Assembly (NCBI GenBank): GCA_944329425.1 | Contig: CALVIG010000002.1 | Span: forward strand, 75,880-139,879 | Origin: an uncultured Bacilli bacterium | Lineage (GTDB): Bacteria; Bacillota_I; Bacilli_A; RF39; UBA660 | Direction of reading: 5' to 3' | Length of the DNA stretch: 64,000 nt | In this document: positions 1 through 9,585 of the stretch, piece by piece | Position numbering within the stretch: position 1 is the stretch's first letter | Layout of the letters: each line of letters begins with the position of its first letter | Notes under the pieces: generated by a model | Databases searched by the model: none | What the model was told of the DNA's origin: nothing | The model's input: the letters and a program-made list of their open reading frames with translations, nothing else | Translations under genes and position numbers: made by a program

Positions 1-1
1 T

Positions 2-676
2 ATTCCCGAAATAGTTAAACCTAAACACTTGGTTTATTATGATGGCGTTTTTGTTGGTTACATAATGGAGTATTTACCTGAAGGTGAGGCTTTATGGGAT
101 AACAGTGAACAATATAGCTTTGAAGAAAAAATTGATAAGATTAAAGCAATAGAAAAAGTTATGAAAAAGCTTCATGGTAAAAAAATATATATATGTGATT
201 TAAACCCAGATAACATTTTCTTTGATAAAAGTGGGAACGTTAAGTTAATTGACTGTGATGCTTTCGTGGTTAAAGATAACGTTATAAATAATGAAGTGGT
301 TTCTAAATACAGGGATCCATTAAATAAAATAGTTTCCGAAAAAACCGATCTTTATGCTTTTGCAATCACCACGCTTCAGCTTTTAATTGATAAAAAAATA
401 CCAGATGATGCAACTTTTGCGGACATAGAGAAAATATATAATAAAAACAAAAATAAGTTACCAGTAAGTTTTAAAAACTACTACGATACGATATTTAAAG
501 GTAAGGATAGATATTACTTAACCGATTCGTATGAACGTTATTTAAATGACATATATAATTCTGAAGATGATGATTCGTCAAATAAACGAAGTGGTAAAAT
601 AAGCGTAATAATATTATCATTTATAATGGTTGTAATAGCAGTTATTGGTTATTTTGTATTTAAAATGAGCAGGTAA
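2..676 (+). CDS. Membrane-anchored Ser/Thr protein-kinase-like protein, 5' end cut by the window edge
   Basis: The frame is open back to nt 2. Kinase catalytic-loop-like 'ICDLNPDNIFF' and 'LIDCDAF' (DFG position), then 'TDLYAFAITTLQLL'. C-terminal hydrophobic helix 'ISVIILSFIMVVIAVIGYFVF'. Confidence 0.6.
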   Translation: MPEIVKPKHLVYYDGVFVGYIMEYLPEGEALWDNSEQYSFEEKIDKIKAIEKVMKKLHGKKIYICDLNPDNIFFDKSGNVKLIDCDAFVVKDNVINNEVVSKYRDPLNKIVSEKTDLYAFAITTLQLLIDKKIPDDATFADIEKIYNKNKNKLPVSFKNYYDTIFKGKDRYYLTDSYERYLNDIYNSEDDDSSNKRSGKISVIILSFIMVVIAVIGYFVFKMSR

Positions 677-689
677 CTGCTTTTTTTTA
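667..689 (+). terminator. Rho-independent terminator after the kinase-like gene
   Basis: Short hairpin gcag-gtaa-ctgc overlapping the stop codon, followed by an 8-T run. Confidence 0.45.
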
Positions 690-706
690 TTTTAATGTAT
701 TTTAAC

Positions 707-734
707 TTGACAATTAATTAATTCCGTGTATAAT
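707..734 (+). promoter_or_regulatory. Sigma-A type promoter (TTGACA, 16 nt, TATAAT)
   Basis: ttgaca at 707-712 and tataat at 729-734, with tg immediately upstream. Precedes the ATG at 759. Confidence 0.6.
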
Positions 735-758
735 ATGTGCAAAAAAAAGGGGATTTTT

Positions 759-1367
759 ATGAAAAAAATATCAGATAACATAAAGTTACTTAGAACGTAT
801 GAAAAAACGAAAAAGAATTTAAAAAAAAATATAACTTGGGGATTTTTTGATTGTGTTTTAAGGATAATTGTAGGCTTAATTTGTTTTTTAGGATTCACGG
901 CTGTAAATTATATCAACTTTTGGTTAGGAATCATATGGTTTCTTAATGCAGTGTTAGCGCTTGGGGAGATTATCGATAATAAAAAAGAATTAAAGCAATT
1001 AAATATTGACTATGAAAGAGCTTTGGATAGTATTGATGAATTTGTAAGAAAATTAAAAACTAAAGGAATAAAGATAAGCAAAGATAGTTTGGTTAAAAGT
1101 AACGTTTATTCTAATAAAACGTTAAGTGATATGACGATAATTTCAGCCAAAACAAAAGATTTAAAAGAAGAAATTAAAATTATTGAAGAACCAAAATCAA
1201 ATAGTTTGTTACTAAATCACGGTGGTTATAGTATGGTAAATAATTTAGAAGATAAAAGCGATATGGCATATTTTGTTGATAGTGATTTAGTAGAACAAGA
1301 AAAGCAAGCAAAAGATGCTGATAATGAGCTTGGTGGTAGCGTAAAAGCCATTAAAAGAAATATTTAA
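759..1367 (+). CDS. Hypothetical membrane protein
   Basis: ATG at 759 follows the RBS-like 'aagggga'. Two hydrophobic segments ('WGFFDCVLRIIVGLICFLGF', 'FWLGIIWFLNAVLALG'). No recognised domain. Confidence 0.5.
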   Translation: MKKISDNIKLLRTYEKTKKNLKKNITWGFFDCVLRIIVGLICFLGFTAVNYINFWLGIIWFLNAVLALGEIIDNKKELKQLNIDYERALDSIDEFVRKLKTKGIKISKDSLVKSNVYSNKTLSDMTIISAKTKDLKEEIKIIEEPKSNSLLLNHGGYSMVNNLEDKSDMAYFVDSDLVEQEKQAKDADNELGGSVKAIKRNI

Positions 1368-1443
1368 TGCTATTTTAATAATATTGACAAAATAAATAAA
1401 AGGTGTTAATATATACGGCATTCAAGCAAAGGGGGAGATTTGA

Positions 1444-3495
1444 ATGAATTTATCAGAAGTTTTGGAATTATCAAATAAATTATCTATAATTTATGGTGGA
1501 ATTCAAGAAAAAGTGGATAATATTATTGAAGAAGGTAAAAAAGAAGCTAACGAAATAGATAAAAAGTGGTTAGAAAAACTACACACTAAATGTGGGCTAA
1601 AAACTGATAAAAACGTTAGTACTGCTAGTGAAGCTATTTCTATGGCAAAAAAACAACGTGAGTCTATTTTAAAAACGTTGTCAAAGGGAAACATTGATGC
1701 TAAAACACAAATCAAGTTAAGTGAGGATTTGATTTATTTAAACAAAGTCATATTATCTTATCAAAATGAATTTGACAAAAAAGAAGAAGCTAAAAGTGAA
1801 ATATTACGTGTAAAAGCAAATCAAAAGTGTGCACAAGTTGTTAAGAGTTCAATTGAAGTATCAATTGAAGAAATTGAAAAAGAAATAAGCAGAATTAATA
1901 ATTTTTTAACCGAAAATTCAGCGGTTAATTGTAAAAATTCTGAAGAATTAAAAAACATAACAGATAATGTAAATGAAAAATTTCAATTAGAACATTTAAA
2001 ACAATCTTTAGCTAAGTTATTAAGTTTTAATGCGTATTCATATAATGATTCTTATGTTAAGGATTTAGTTGCTGATTTACCAATAAAATATCAACGTATG
2101 TTAGAAAAATATTATCTTTTAATGAATAAAAACTCAATTAACATGAAGGTTTTGAAAGATTTAAATAATGGTGTCGTTACTGTTAAAGAATCTAACGATG
2201 ATGTTAAAGAATCTAAAGATGATGTTAAAGAATCTAATAATGATGTTAATGAAATAAATTATTACTTAGATGTTGCTAGAAATAATCATAGTAAGAAAGC
2301 TTTGGATTATGCTGCTGACTTAATAAAAAAATTAGATGATGAAGAAGCTAAGGATGATCTACAAGCTGAAGCGGCTGAAATTAATGAGTTGATATCAGGA
2401 CAAACTGAACTTAATGATTATGATAAAGAAGAAAAGTTAGTATCTAAGGCAGAGCAAACCGAAAAATTTGCCGATTATGCAAGAGCTTATAATGCTTGTA
2501 AAGAGTTACATGAAGATGATAACAAAAAACTAGAATTTGCCGCTAGGTTAGATAGTTTACAAAAGTTAAATAATGATAAATTTATTAAATTAAAAAGAAT
2601 TTTATTGGATAAAATCGTAAGTGAAGAACCAATAGAACAAAGTGAAATAATAGAATTATCAGATAGATACCAATATATAAGTAAAGATATTTTTGAAAAA
2701 TTTAAGAAAGATTATGAAGAAATAATTAATGTATATAACAACCAAGTTCAAAATGAATATCAAGAAGAACTTGAAAAAAATGATTTTGAATATTATTCCT
2801 TTATAGAAAAGTTTAGAGAATTTGCATCAAAGCCAATTATTTGGGTTTCGAAAACTAAGATAGCTTCAAAGATTAATAAAAAAATCATTAATAGAATAAG
2901 AGAAAAATCAGATAGTTATTCTAAATTTACAAAGAAAATAGCTTCTAGGTTAGAAAATAAAATTGAAAATTCTGTTAAAGATGGGGATGTTATAAATAGC
3001 TATAAGTTATTTAAATCAAGAAACGCTTTAGCTAAAATAAAACCAAAGTTGTATAAAGGTGAAGAACTTACTAGAAAACAAAATAAAAAATATGTAAAAG
3101 CTTCTAACAGAATAGAAAAAGAATTGAAAAAAGGTTTAGACAAGTTATCTAATAATGAAGATATTTTAAATGATAATTCACGTGTAATTACCATATTAGA
3201 CCAATACGTTGATTTAATTGCAATGGGAACGTATAATGAAGAGAACGTTGAAAAGGCATTATATTATTTAGATAGTGTAAAGGATGTTTTAACTGAAGGA
3301 GAATATAATGCATATTATGAACAAATTCTTATGATTAATAATTATCGTCATAATAATGAAGAAAAACCTTATGAGTATTCTAAAACTGACGAAGAAGGAA
3401 ATAAAAGCTATGAGGTTGAAGAAATATTAAAATATTATGACAGTGATGCTTACAAGGTATTACATCATCCACAACAATATATTAAAAGAAAGTAA
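1444..3495 (+). CDS. Large K/E/N-rich coiled-coil-like protein of unknown function
   Basis: 683-aa ORF with RBS 'aagggggag' upstream. Low-complexity charged sequence with an internal heptad tandem repeat. Confidence 0.6.
   Translation: MNLSEVLELSNKLSIIYGGIQEKVDNIIEEGKKEANEIDKKWLEKLHTKCGLKTDKNVSTASEAISMAKKQRESILKTLSKGNIDAKTQIKLSEDLIYLNKVILSYQNEFDKKEEAKSEILRVKANQKCAQVVKSSIEVSIEEIEKEISRINNFLTENSAVNCKNSEELKNITDNVNEKFQLEHLKQSLAKLLSFNAYSYNDSYVKDLVADLPIKYQRMLEKYYLLMNKNSINMKVLKDLNNGVVTVKESNDDVKESKDDVKESNNDVNEINYYLDVARNNHSKKALDYAADLIKKLDDEEAKDDLQAEAAEINELISGQTELNDYDKEEKLVSKAEQTEKFADYARAYNACKELHEDDNKKLEFAARLDSLQKLNNDKFIKLKRILLDKIVSEEPIEQSEIIELSDRYQYISKDIFEKFKKDYEEIINVYNNQVQNEYQEELEKNDFEYYSFIEKFREFASKPIIWVSKTKIASKINKKIINRIREKSDSYSKFTKKIASRLENKIENSVKDGDVINSYKLFKSRNALAKIKPKLYKGEELTRKQNKKYVKASNRIEKELKKGLDKLSNNEDILNDNSRVITILDQYVDLIAMGTYNEENVEKALYYLDSVKDVLTEGEYNAYYEQILMINNYRHNNEEKPYEYSKTDEEGNKSYEVEEILKYYDSDAYKVLHHPQQYIKRK
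2182..2253 (+). repeat. In-frame 21-bp tandem repeat, 3 full copies plus a partial one
   Basis: gttaaagaatctaaCgatgat / gttaaagaatctaaAgatgat / gttaaagaatctaaTaatgat / gttaatgaa, encoding VKESNDD-VKESKDD-VKESNND-VNE. Confidence 0.9.
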
Positions 3496-3540
3496 TTAAA
3501 CACTTTCTTTTTTTGTGATAAAATATAATTGGTGATATAA

Positions 3541-4392
3541 ATGGACGGCGTTATATTAATTAATAAACCAAAAGGAATTACTAGTAGGGACGTGGTTAAC
3601 GAAGTTTGTAAAATTTTAAAAACAAAAAAGGTTGGGCATACCGGAACCCTTGATCCGATTGCGAGTGGCGTTTTGGTGGTATGTGTTGGAAAAGCAACCA
3701 AGTTGGTTGATATTATTACTTCGGCTAATAAAGAGTACGTATCTACGGTTAAACTTGGGTTATTAACTGATACTTTAGATTTGGATGGAGAAGTATTAAA
3801 AAAAGAAAAAGTTACGATAAGAAAAGAAGAATTAATTAATGTATTAAATTCGTTTTTGGGAAAGTATGAACAAGAAGTTCCAATATATAGTGCGGTTAAG
3901 GTTAATGGTAAAAAATTATATGAATACGCAAGAGAAGGTAAAAAAGTAAACCTTCCTAAAAGAATGGTTGAAATAAAGAAAATAGAGCTAATAAATCTAA
4001 CCGACGAAGAATATAAATTTAAAGTTTTGGTTTCTAAGGGAACTTATATAAGAAGTTTAATATGCGATATAAACCGCAAGTTAAACGTTATTGGGGTTAT
4101 GAGTGATTTGGTTAGAACAAAACAAGGAATTTTTAACATAGATGATGCATATACCTTAGAGGATATAAAAACGGGTAATTATAAAATGTATACCATAACG
4201 GATGTTTTAAAAAATGATAATTGTGTTGTTATAAATGATAAATTATTTAATTCCATAAAGAATGGTTGTATAATAGACAATATATATGGAAAGGAAGTTG
4301 TTACTTTCATTTATGATAATGAAGTGGTCTCAATATATAAAACGTATGATAAGGATAAAACAAAATTAAAACCATTTAAGATGTTTATTTAA
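3541..4392 (+). CDS. truB: tRNA pseudouridine(55) synthase TruB
   Basis: 'GHTGTLDPIASGVLVVCVGKATK' catalytic-Asp motif, plus 'VPIYSAVKVNGKKLYEYAREG' and 'VSKGTYIRSL'. Confidence 0.9.
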   Translation: MDGVILINKPKGITSRDVVNEVCKILKTKKVGHTGTLDPIASGVLVVCVGKATKLVDIITSANKEYVSTVKLGLLTDTLDLDGEVLKKEKVTIRKEELINVLNSFLGKYEQEVPIYSAVKVNGKKLYEYAREGKKVNLPKRMVEIKKIELINLTDEEYKFKVLVSKGTYIRSLICDINRKLNVIGVMSDLVRTKQGIFNIDDAYTLEDIKTGNYKMYTITDVLKNDNCVVINDKLFNSIKNGCIIDNIYGKEVVTFIYDNEVVSIYKTYDKDKTKLKPFKMFI

Positions 4393-4402
4393 GGAGGATA
4401 AT

Positions 4403-5419
4403 ATGAAAAATACGATTACGTTAATAAAAGAATTAAAATTAGTTGAATCACGAAAGTCTTTTGAATTGCTTTTAAAGAATTACCTTGATGATGGTTATTC
4501 AGTTAAAAATTTACTAGAAAACATTAAGGATAAAGATAAGAGAAAAATTATACTAGAAATGGTTTTTTATCGTTCTTTATACAGTTCTCAAAAAATGATA
4601 AAAGATTATTTTGAATACATCGATAACGAAGAAAAAATATATGTTTTTAGAATCATATTAAAAAGAAGTCCTCTTCAAGCTTATGATTTTTATAAAGAAA
4701 TAGAAAACCCATTTTCAAACTTAACTGATGATGAAATATCAAAAGTTGTAGACCAATTAGCAACTGAAGTCATCATAAAGGATTTTGATGCATGTTATGT
4801 TAATTTAATTTTTTCTACGAAATTAGTAAACAGAAAAGATTATTATAAGTTGTTAGAGATTAAAGAACATTTATCATGTGATGTAAGAAAAAGTATATAT
4901 AAAAAGTCATTTTTGAAGGAATCGAAAAAAGATTTTTTACGTGTTATTGAATATTTAAACGAGGAAGAAAAAAAAGAATACTCTAACATGTTTGCATTAG
5001 ATCCTTCTAGCAATAATTATGAACTTGCAACTTATATTTTGAATAATAAACTATATAAAGAAGAAAACCTTAATAAGCTAATAGACATAATTGGTAATAA
5101 TGCCCCAGCTTGTGTTATATATGACACTTTAATGAGTGATAACTTAAACGCTCAAAGCATAAATAAGTTAGAGGTTTATCTTCTTAAAACACGTGACATT
5201 GAGTACATATCATATTATTATTTTTATAAAAATAAAAAAGCTTTTATAGCATTATTTGGTAGTGCATTACTATTTTTATCATTTGTAAAGCTTAACGAAA
5301 GTAAGTTTAAGAACACTAAAATTTTAAACGACGTTATTTCAAAAATAAAGGATGAAAACGCAATTTATACGGATAACGTTATGAATAAATTAGGGAGTTC
5401 ATACCAAAAACAAAAGTAA
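4403..5419 (+). CDS. Hypothetical protein
   Basis: 338-aa ORF with RBS 'aaggagga' 5 nt upstream. It occupies the slot between truB and rpsO. No recognised motif. Confidence 0.55.
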   Translation: MKNTITLIKELKLVESRKSFELLLKNYLDDGYSVKNLLENIKDKDKRKIILEMVFYRSLYSSQKMIKDYFEYIDNEEKIYVFRIILKRSPLQAYDFYKEIENPFSNLTDDEISKVVDQLATEVIIKDFDACYVNLIFSTKLVNRKDYYKLLEIKEHLSCDVRKSIYKKSFLKESKKDFLRVIEYLNEEEKKEYSNMFALDPSSNNYELATYILNNKLYKEENLNKLIDIIGNNAPACVIYDTLMSDNLNAQSINKLEVYLLKTRDIEYISYYYFYKNKKAFIALFGSALLFLSFVKLNESKFKNTKILNDVISKIKDENAIYTDNVMNKLGSSYQKQK

Positions 5420-5449
5420 TAAAATGATTTACAAATAAAGTAAAATTAC

Positions 5450-5537
5450 TTGCATAATTTAAAAAATTAATGTATATTATATGTGTTACCTGTTCTCGGG
5501 TATTGGAGAGTACTCCTAACCATATCTTGGAACAAGG
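5450..5537 (+). promoter_or_regulatory. rpsO promoter plus structured 5' leader (possible S15 autoregulatory element)
   Basis: TTGCAT (5450-5455), 17 nt, TATATT (5473-5478). The leader can pair cctgttc (5489-5495) with gaacaagg (5530-5537), enclosing the hairpin ggag-agta-ctcc (5505-5516). Function is inferred only from position. Confidence 0.35.
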
Positions 5538-5564
5538 CGAATTTATGAAAGAAGGAGGATAAAA

Positions 5565-5831
5565 ATGTTAAAAAAAGAAGTTAAACAAGCTATCATTAAG
5601 AAGTATGCAACCCATGAAGGTGATACTGGTTCACCAGAAGTACAAGTTGCGGTTCTTACTGAAGAAATCAACGTTTTAACAGCTCACTTGAAAGAAAACA
5701 TTCATGATTTCCACTCAAAAAGAGGATTATTAATGAAGGTTGGTAAAAGAAGAAATTTACTTAACTATTTAAAGAAGACCGACATTAACAGATATCGTGA
5801 ATTAATTAAGAGCTTAGGATTAAGAAAATAA
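5565..5831 (+). CDS. rpsO: 30S ribosomal protein S15
   Basis: 88 aa. '[51 protein letters not shown]' is the canonical S15 sequence. Confidence 0.95.
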   Translation: MLKKEVKQAIIKKYATHEGDTGSPEVQVAVLTEEINVLTAHLKENIHDFHSKRGLLMKVGKRRNLLNYLKKTDINRYRELIKSLGLRK

Positions 5832-5891
5832 TTTTGTTAAAAGTAGGCACTCTTTTTTGGGTGCTTTTTTATATAATAAAGGAGATGTATT

Positions 5892-8090
5892 ATGGCAAAA
5901 AGAGTATTTGAAACAGAATTTAGAGGAAGAAACCTAACCGTCGAAGTAGGAGAGTTAGCTAAGCAAGCACATGGTGCCGTACTCGTAAGATATGGTGATA
6001 CGGTTGTTTTATCAACGGTTTGTGTAAGCAAGGAAGCTAACGTGTTATCAGATTTTTTTCCGTTAATGGTTTTATATCAAGAAAAATTATATTCAGTAGG
6101 TAAAATACCTGGAGGATTTATTAAAAGGGAAGGAAGACCTACGGAAAACGCAACTCTTGCAGCAAGAATGATAGATAGACCTATGCGTCCTTTATTTCCT
6201 GAAAATTTTAGGAATGAGGTTCAAGTAGTAAACACGGTGTTATCGGTAGATCCTGATAATTCACCAGAATTAACCGCTATGTTTGGTTCTTCTTTGGCAA
6301 CATCAATAAGCAAAGTTCCTTTTGATGGGCCAATCGCTGGTGTTAAAGTGGGAAGGGTAGATGGTAAATTTATCATAAATCCAACCGTTGAACAGGCAGA
6401 GAAAAGTGACATTGACCTAACCGTTGCGGGAACTAAAAACGCTATTAACATGGTGGAAGCAGGGGCTAAGGAAGTAAACGAAGATGATATGTTAGAAGCG
6501 TTAATGTTTGGGCATGACGCCATTAAGGAACTAATAAAATTTGAAGAAAAGATAATAAAAGAAGTTGGTCAGGAAAAAATGGAATATGAAGTTCTAGAAA
6601 TTACGGATGAACTTAAAGAAGAAATATACCAACTTTCTAAAGAACCTTTTGATAGTGCAATGCGTATTAAAGATAAGATAGAAAAATACGAAGCCATTGA
6701 TAAAGTAAAAGAAGACGTTATCGCAAAGTTTGAATACGAAAACGAAGGTTTGGATAAAGATGAACTTAACGAGTTAATCACAAAGGTTAAGTTATGTTTA
6801 TCAGAAGTAGAATACGAAGTATTTAGAAAAATAGTTGTTAAGGAAAAGAAAAGGGCTGACGGAAGAAAAATGACTGAGATACGTCCTTTATCAACCGATA
6901 TAGACTTACTTCCTAGAACGCATGGTTCTGCATTATTTACGCGTGGTGAAACACAAAGTTTATCAGTTGTTACGCTTGGTGCTTTAGGAGAACATCAAAT
7001 AATAGATGGTTTATCTCCGGAAGATCAAAAAAGATTTATGCTTCACTATAATTTCCCTCAATTTTCCGTTGGGGAAACGGGAAGGTATGGAGCTCCAGGG
7101 CGTCGTGAAATAGGTCACGGTGCATTAGGTGAAAGAGCTTTAGCTCAAGTTATTCCATCAGAAGAGGAATTTCCTTATACGATACGTGTAGTATCAGAAA
7201 TATTAGAATCTAATGGATCATCTTCTCAAGCTTCTATTTGTGCTGGTTGCATGGCTTTAATGGCAGCAGGTGTTCCAATTAAAGCTCCGGTTGCGGGTAT
7301 TGCTATGGGACTTATTACTGATGGTGATGATTATACCATTTTAACCGATATCCAGGGAATGGAAGACCATTTAGGCGACATGGACTTTAAGGTTGCAGGG
7401 ACCAAAGATGGCATATGTGCACTTCAAATGGACATCAAAATAAAAGGTATTACTAAAGAAATATTAAAAGAAGCTTTAGCACAAGCTAAAAAAGCAAGAA
7501 TGGAAATATTAAAAGTTATAACAAAACAAATAAAAGAGCCAAGAAAAGAAGTTAGTAAATACGCTCCTAAAACGATGACGTTTATGATTGATCCAGCTAA
7601 GATAAAAGACGTTATTGGAAAGGGTGGAGAAATGATTACCAAAATAATACTTGAGGCTTCTGGCGTTGAAACGGTAACCGACATGAACGCGGTTAAGGTT
7701 GACATAGAAGAAGACGGAAGGGTAATTATTTATCACACCAACCAAGAAATAATCGATAAGACCGCTAACATGATTAAAAACGTTGTTAAAGAAGTTGAAA
7801 TAGGTAAGATATACACTGGTAAAGTAGTTAAAGTAATAGATGAATTAGGATGCTTTGTAGAACTTTGGGAAGGTTGTGAAGGTTTGGTTCACATATCACA
7901 ATTATCTGATAAAAGAATTGCTAAAACTTCAGACGTTGTTCAAGAAGGCGATGACATCATCGTAAAAGCAATCGGATATAAAAATGGTAAACTAACCTTA
8001 TCAAGAAAAGAAGTTTTATTAAAAGACAAGATAAAAGATGAAAAGCCATCTAAAAAAGAAAGTAAGAAAGAAGAAAACCACGAAAAGTAG
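5892..8090 (+). CDS. pnp: Polyribonucleotide nucleotidyltransferase (PNPase)
   Basis: 732 aa with two RNase PH-like halves ('[13 protein letters not shown]', '[12 protein letters not shown]', '[15 protein letters not shown]'), a KH domain ('[11 protein letters not shown]') and S1 ('[16 protein letters not shown]'). Confidence 0.97.
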   Translation: MAKRVFETEFRGRNLTVEVGELAKQAHGAVLVRYGDTVVLSTVCVSKEANVLSDFFPLMVLYQEKLYSVGKIPGGFIKREGRPTENATLAARMIDRPMRPLFPENFRNEVQVVNTVLSVDPDNSPELTAMFGSSLATSISKVPFDGPIAGVKVGRVDGKFIINPTVEQAEKSDIDLTVAGTKNAINMVEAGAKEVNEDDMLEALMFGHDAIKELIKFEEKIIKEVGQEKMEYEVLEITDELKEEIYQLSKEPFDSAMRIKDKIEKYEAIDKVKEDVIAKFEYENEGLDKDELNELITKVKLCLSEVEYEVFRKIVVKEKKRADGRKMTEIRPLSTDIDLLPRTHGSALFTRGETQSLSVVTLGALGEHQIIDGLSPEDQKRFMLHYNFPQFSVGETGRYGAPGRREIGHGALGERALAQVIPSEEEFPYTIRVVSEILESNGSSSQASICAGCMALMAAGVPIKAPVAGIAMGLITDGDDYTILTDIQGMEDHLGDMDFKVAGTKDGICALQMDIKIKGITKEILKEALAQAKKARMEILKVITKQIKEPRKEVSKYAPKTMTFMIDPAKIKDVIGKGGEMITKIILEASGVETVTDMNAVKVDIEEDGRVIIYHTNQEIIDKTANMIKNVVKEVEIGKIYTGKVVKVIDELGCFVELWEGCEGLVHISQLSDKRIAKTSDVVQEGDDIIVKAIGYKNGKLTLSRKEVLLKDKIKDEKPSKKESKKEENHEK

Positions 8091-8142
8091 TTTTCTTTTG
8101 TTTTTGTATATGTTATAATACTGAGTCAAAGGAGAGGATACT

Positions 8143-8853
8143 TTGAAAAAATTCATGATGTTTAAAAATTTATTTCAAAAAGAGGGGTTAAATAAGTTAA
8201 GAAATAAAAAGCATGGTATTACCGAAAAAGAAATTATTAAAAATTTTAGTTCTAGTACCAGACAATTAAAGTTAATTGATGGGTTAGAAGCAGCTTTACA
8301 AAACGAATTAATCATGTTTGGAGAAACTTCTGAACCGGTGTTTTTATGGCAAGAAAAATTAATTTATCAATTTAATTTTTTTGTAACAATGATTGGTGTG
8401 TTAGATGGAAAAATAGATTACATAGGAAAGCAAATAAAATATAATGAAAATGTTAAAGCATTTTTAACTAGTGATGAAATATTAAAAATAACAAATCAAA
8501 AACAAGAATTATTTTTATTAAGAAAAGAAGTGGTGGATAATTTGTTTTCTATGTGTACTGGAACCCAATTTGATCATTTTTTAGAAGATGTGGTGAAAAC
8601 CTGTCCATCAAGGTCTAAGTTTAACGAAATATACAATAATTTAGATGACCCTTTTGATAGTGATAATAATAATTTTTCTTTACAATTAAAATTTATTGAT
8701 GCTTATAATCGAGGTTACGAATCTTCTATTTTTTATGATTTAAGAAGATTGGTAAACGAATATAGATATTTGTATTCGGATTTAAAGTCATGTATTCAAA
8801 AAAATGAAGCGGCAAAAATGAAGGTAAAAAAGAGTTTTGATACTAAAAAATAA
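8143..8853 (+). CDS. Hypothetical protein
   Basis: 236-aa ORF (TTG at 8143, or ATG at 8155) after RBS 'aaggagagga'. An extended -10 tgttataat lies at 8111-8119. Confidence 0.5.
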   Translation: MKKFMMFKNLFQKEGLNKLRNKKHGITEKEIIKNFSSSTRQLKLIDGLEAALQNELIMFGETSEPVFLWQEKLIYQFNFFVTMIGVLDGKIDYIGKQIKYNENVKAFLTSDEILKITNQKQELFLLRKEVVDNLFSMCTGTQFDHFLEDVVKTCPSRSKFNEIYNNLDDPFDSDNNNFSLQLKFIDAYNRGYESSIFYDLRRLVNEYRYLYSDLKSCIQKNEAAKMKVKKSFDTKK

Positions 8854-8940
8854 ATTATGCAATAAGAAGAATAAAATCTTCTTTTTTTTTGACACAATTT
8901 AAACAAAGCTTTATAATAAAATATACTTAAGGAGGTAATC

Positions 8941-9585
8941 ATGTTTAAAATACTAATTGTTGAAGATGAAGATTCAATAAGAACCATAATAAACAAGTAC
9001 TTAAGTAAGTATGATATTAGGTGCATTGAAGCAGAAAATGGAGTAAAAGGACTTGAAGTTTTTACTAAGAATAAAGATAGTATCGATTTGGTAATCATGG
9101 ACGTAATGATGCCAGAAATGGATGGTGTTGAGTGCACTAAGAAAATAAGGAAAATAAGTAACGTACCTATAATCATGTTAACGGCTAAAAATCAGGATGA
9201 AGATGAAATAGAAGGACTTAAAGTCGGTGCTAATGATTTTATTACCAAACCTTTTAACTTGGAGGTTTTACTTCTTAGAATTAAAAAATTAATTAACTTG
9301 GATAGTTCTAACGATTTAGAACTTGTTAGTGAGCAAAGAAGCGTTAGAAAAAACGGAAGATTTATAGAGCTAACTAAAAAAGAATATTTAATCTTAGAGT
9401 ATTTTTTTGAAAACCCAAACGTTGTTTTAACAAGGGACCAAATTTTAAACCATGTTTGGGGCATAGATTATTTTGGTGATGATAGGGTTGTTGATACTAA
9501 TATTAAAAGGATAAGAAAAAAAATTGACGAAGATAAAAAATACATTAAAACGTATTCTGGAACGGGTTACGTATTTATTAAATAA
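8941..9585 (+). CDS. OmpR-family response regulator
   Basis: Receiver domain ('ILIVEDEDSIR', 'DLVIMDVMMPEMDG', 'IIMLTAKN') plus a winged-helix output ('LTKKEYLILEYF', 'VVDTNIKRIRKKI'). Confidence 0.9.
   Translation: MFKILIVEDEDSIRTIINKYLSKYDIRCIEAENGVKGLEVFTKNKDSIDLVIMDVMMPEMDGVECTKKIRKISNVPIIMLTAKNQDEDEIEGLKVGANDFITKPFNLEVLLLRIKKLINLDSSNDLELVSEQRSVRKNGRFIELTKKEYLILEYFFENPNVVLTRDQILNHVWGIDYFGDDRVVDTNIKRIRKKIDEDKKYIKTYSGTGYVFIK

Noticed and set aside
692-898. The 68-aa minus-strand ORF spanning the 707-734 promoter.
   Set aside because: It overlaps a consensus TTGACA-16-TATAAT promoter and the 5' end of the plus-strand gene. No RBS was seen.
2182-2253. I considered whether the 21-bp repeats here, or the 24-bp repeats at 46536-46583, could be a CRISPR array.
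   Set aside because: The copies are directly adjacent with no spacers, number only 2-3, and are in-frame inside long ORFs. I saw no cas genes in the window.
6221-7745. Minus-strand ORFs inside pnp (6221-6523, 6569-6781, 7424-7705, 7509-7745).
   Set aside because: They lie entirely antisense to a well-supported conserved gene. They have S/L/I-rich shadow-frame composition and no RBS, which is typical of antisense artefacts in AT-rich DNA.
9524-9585. The 62-nt overlap between the response-regulator and histidine-kinase ORFs, considered as a possible frameshift or fusion.
   Set aside because: Both proteins are complete in their own frames. The overlap most likely reflects an over-extended TTG start call for the kinase, so it is a start ambiguity rather than a frameshift.
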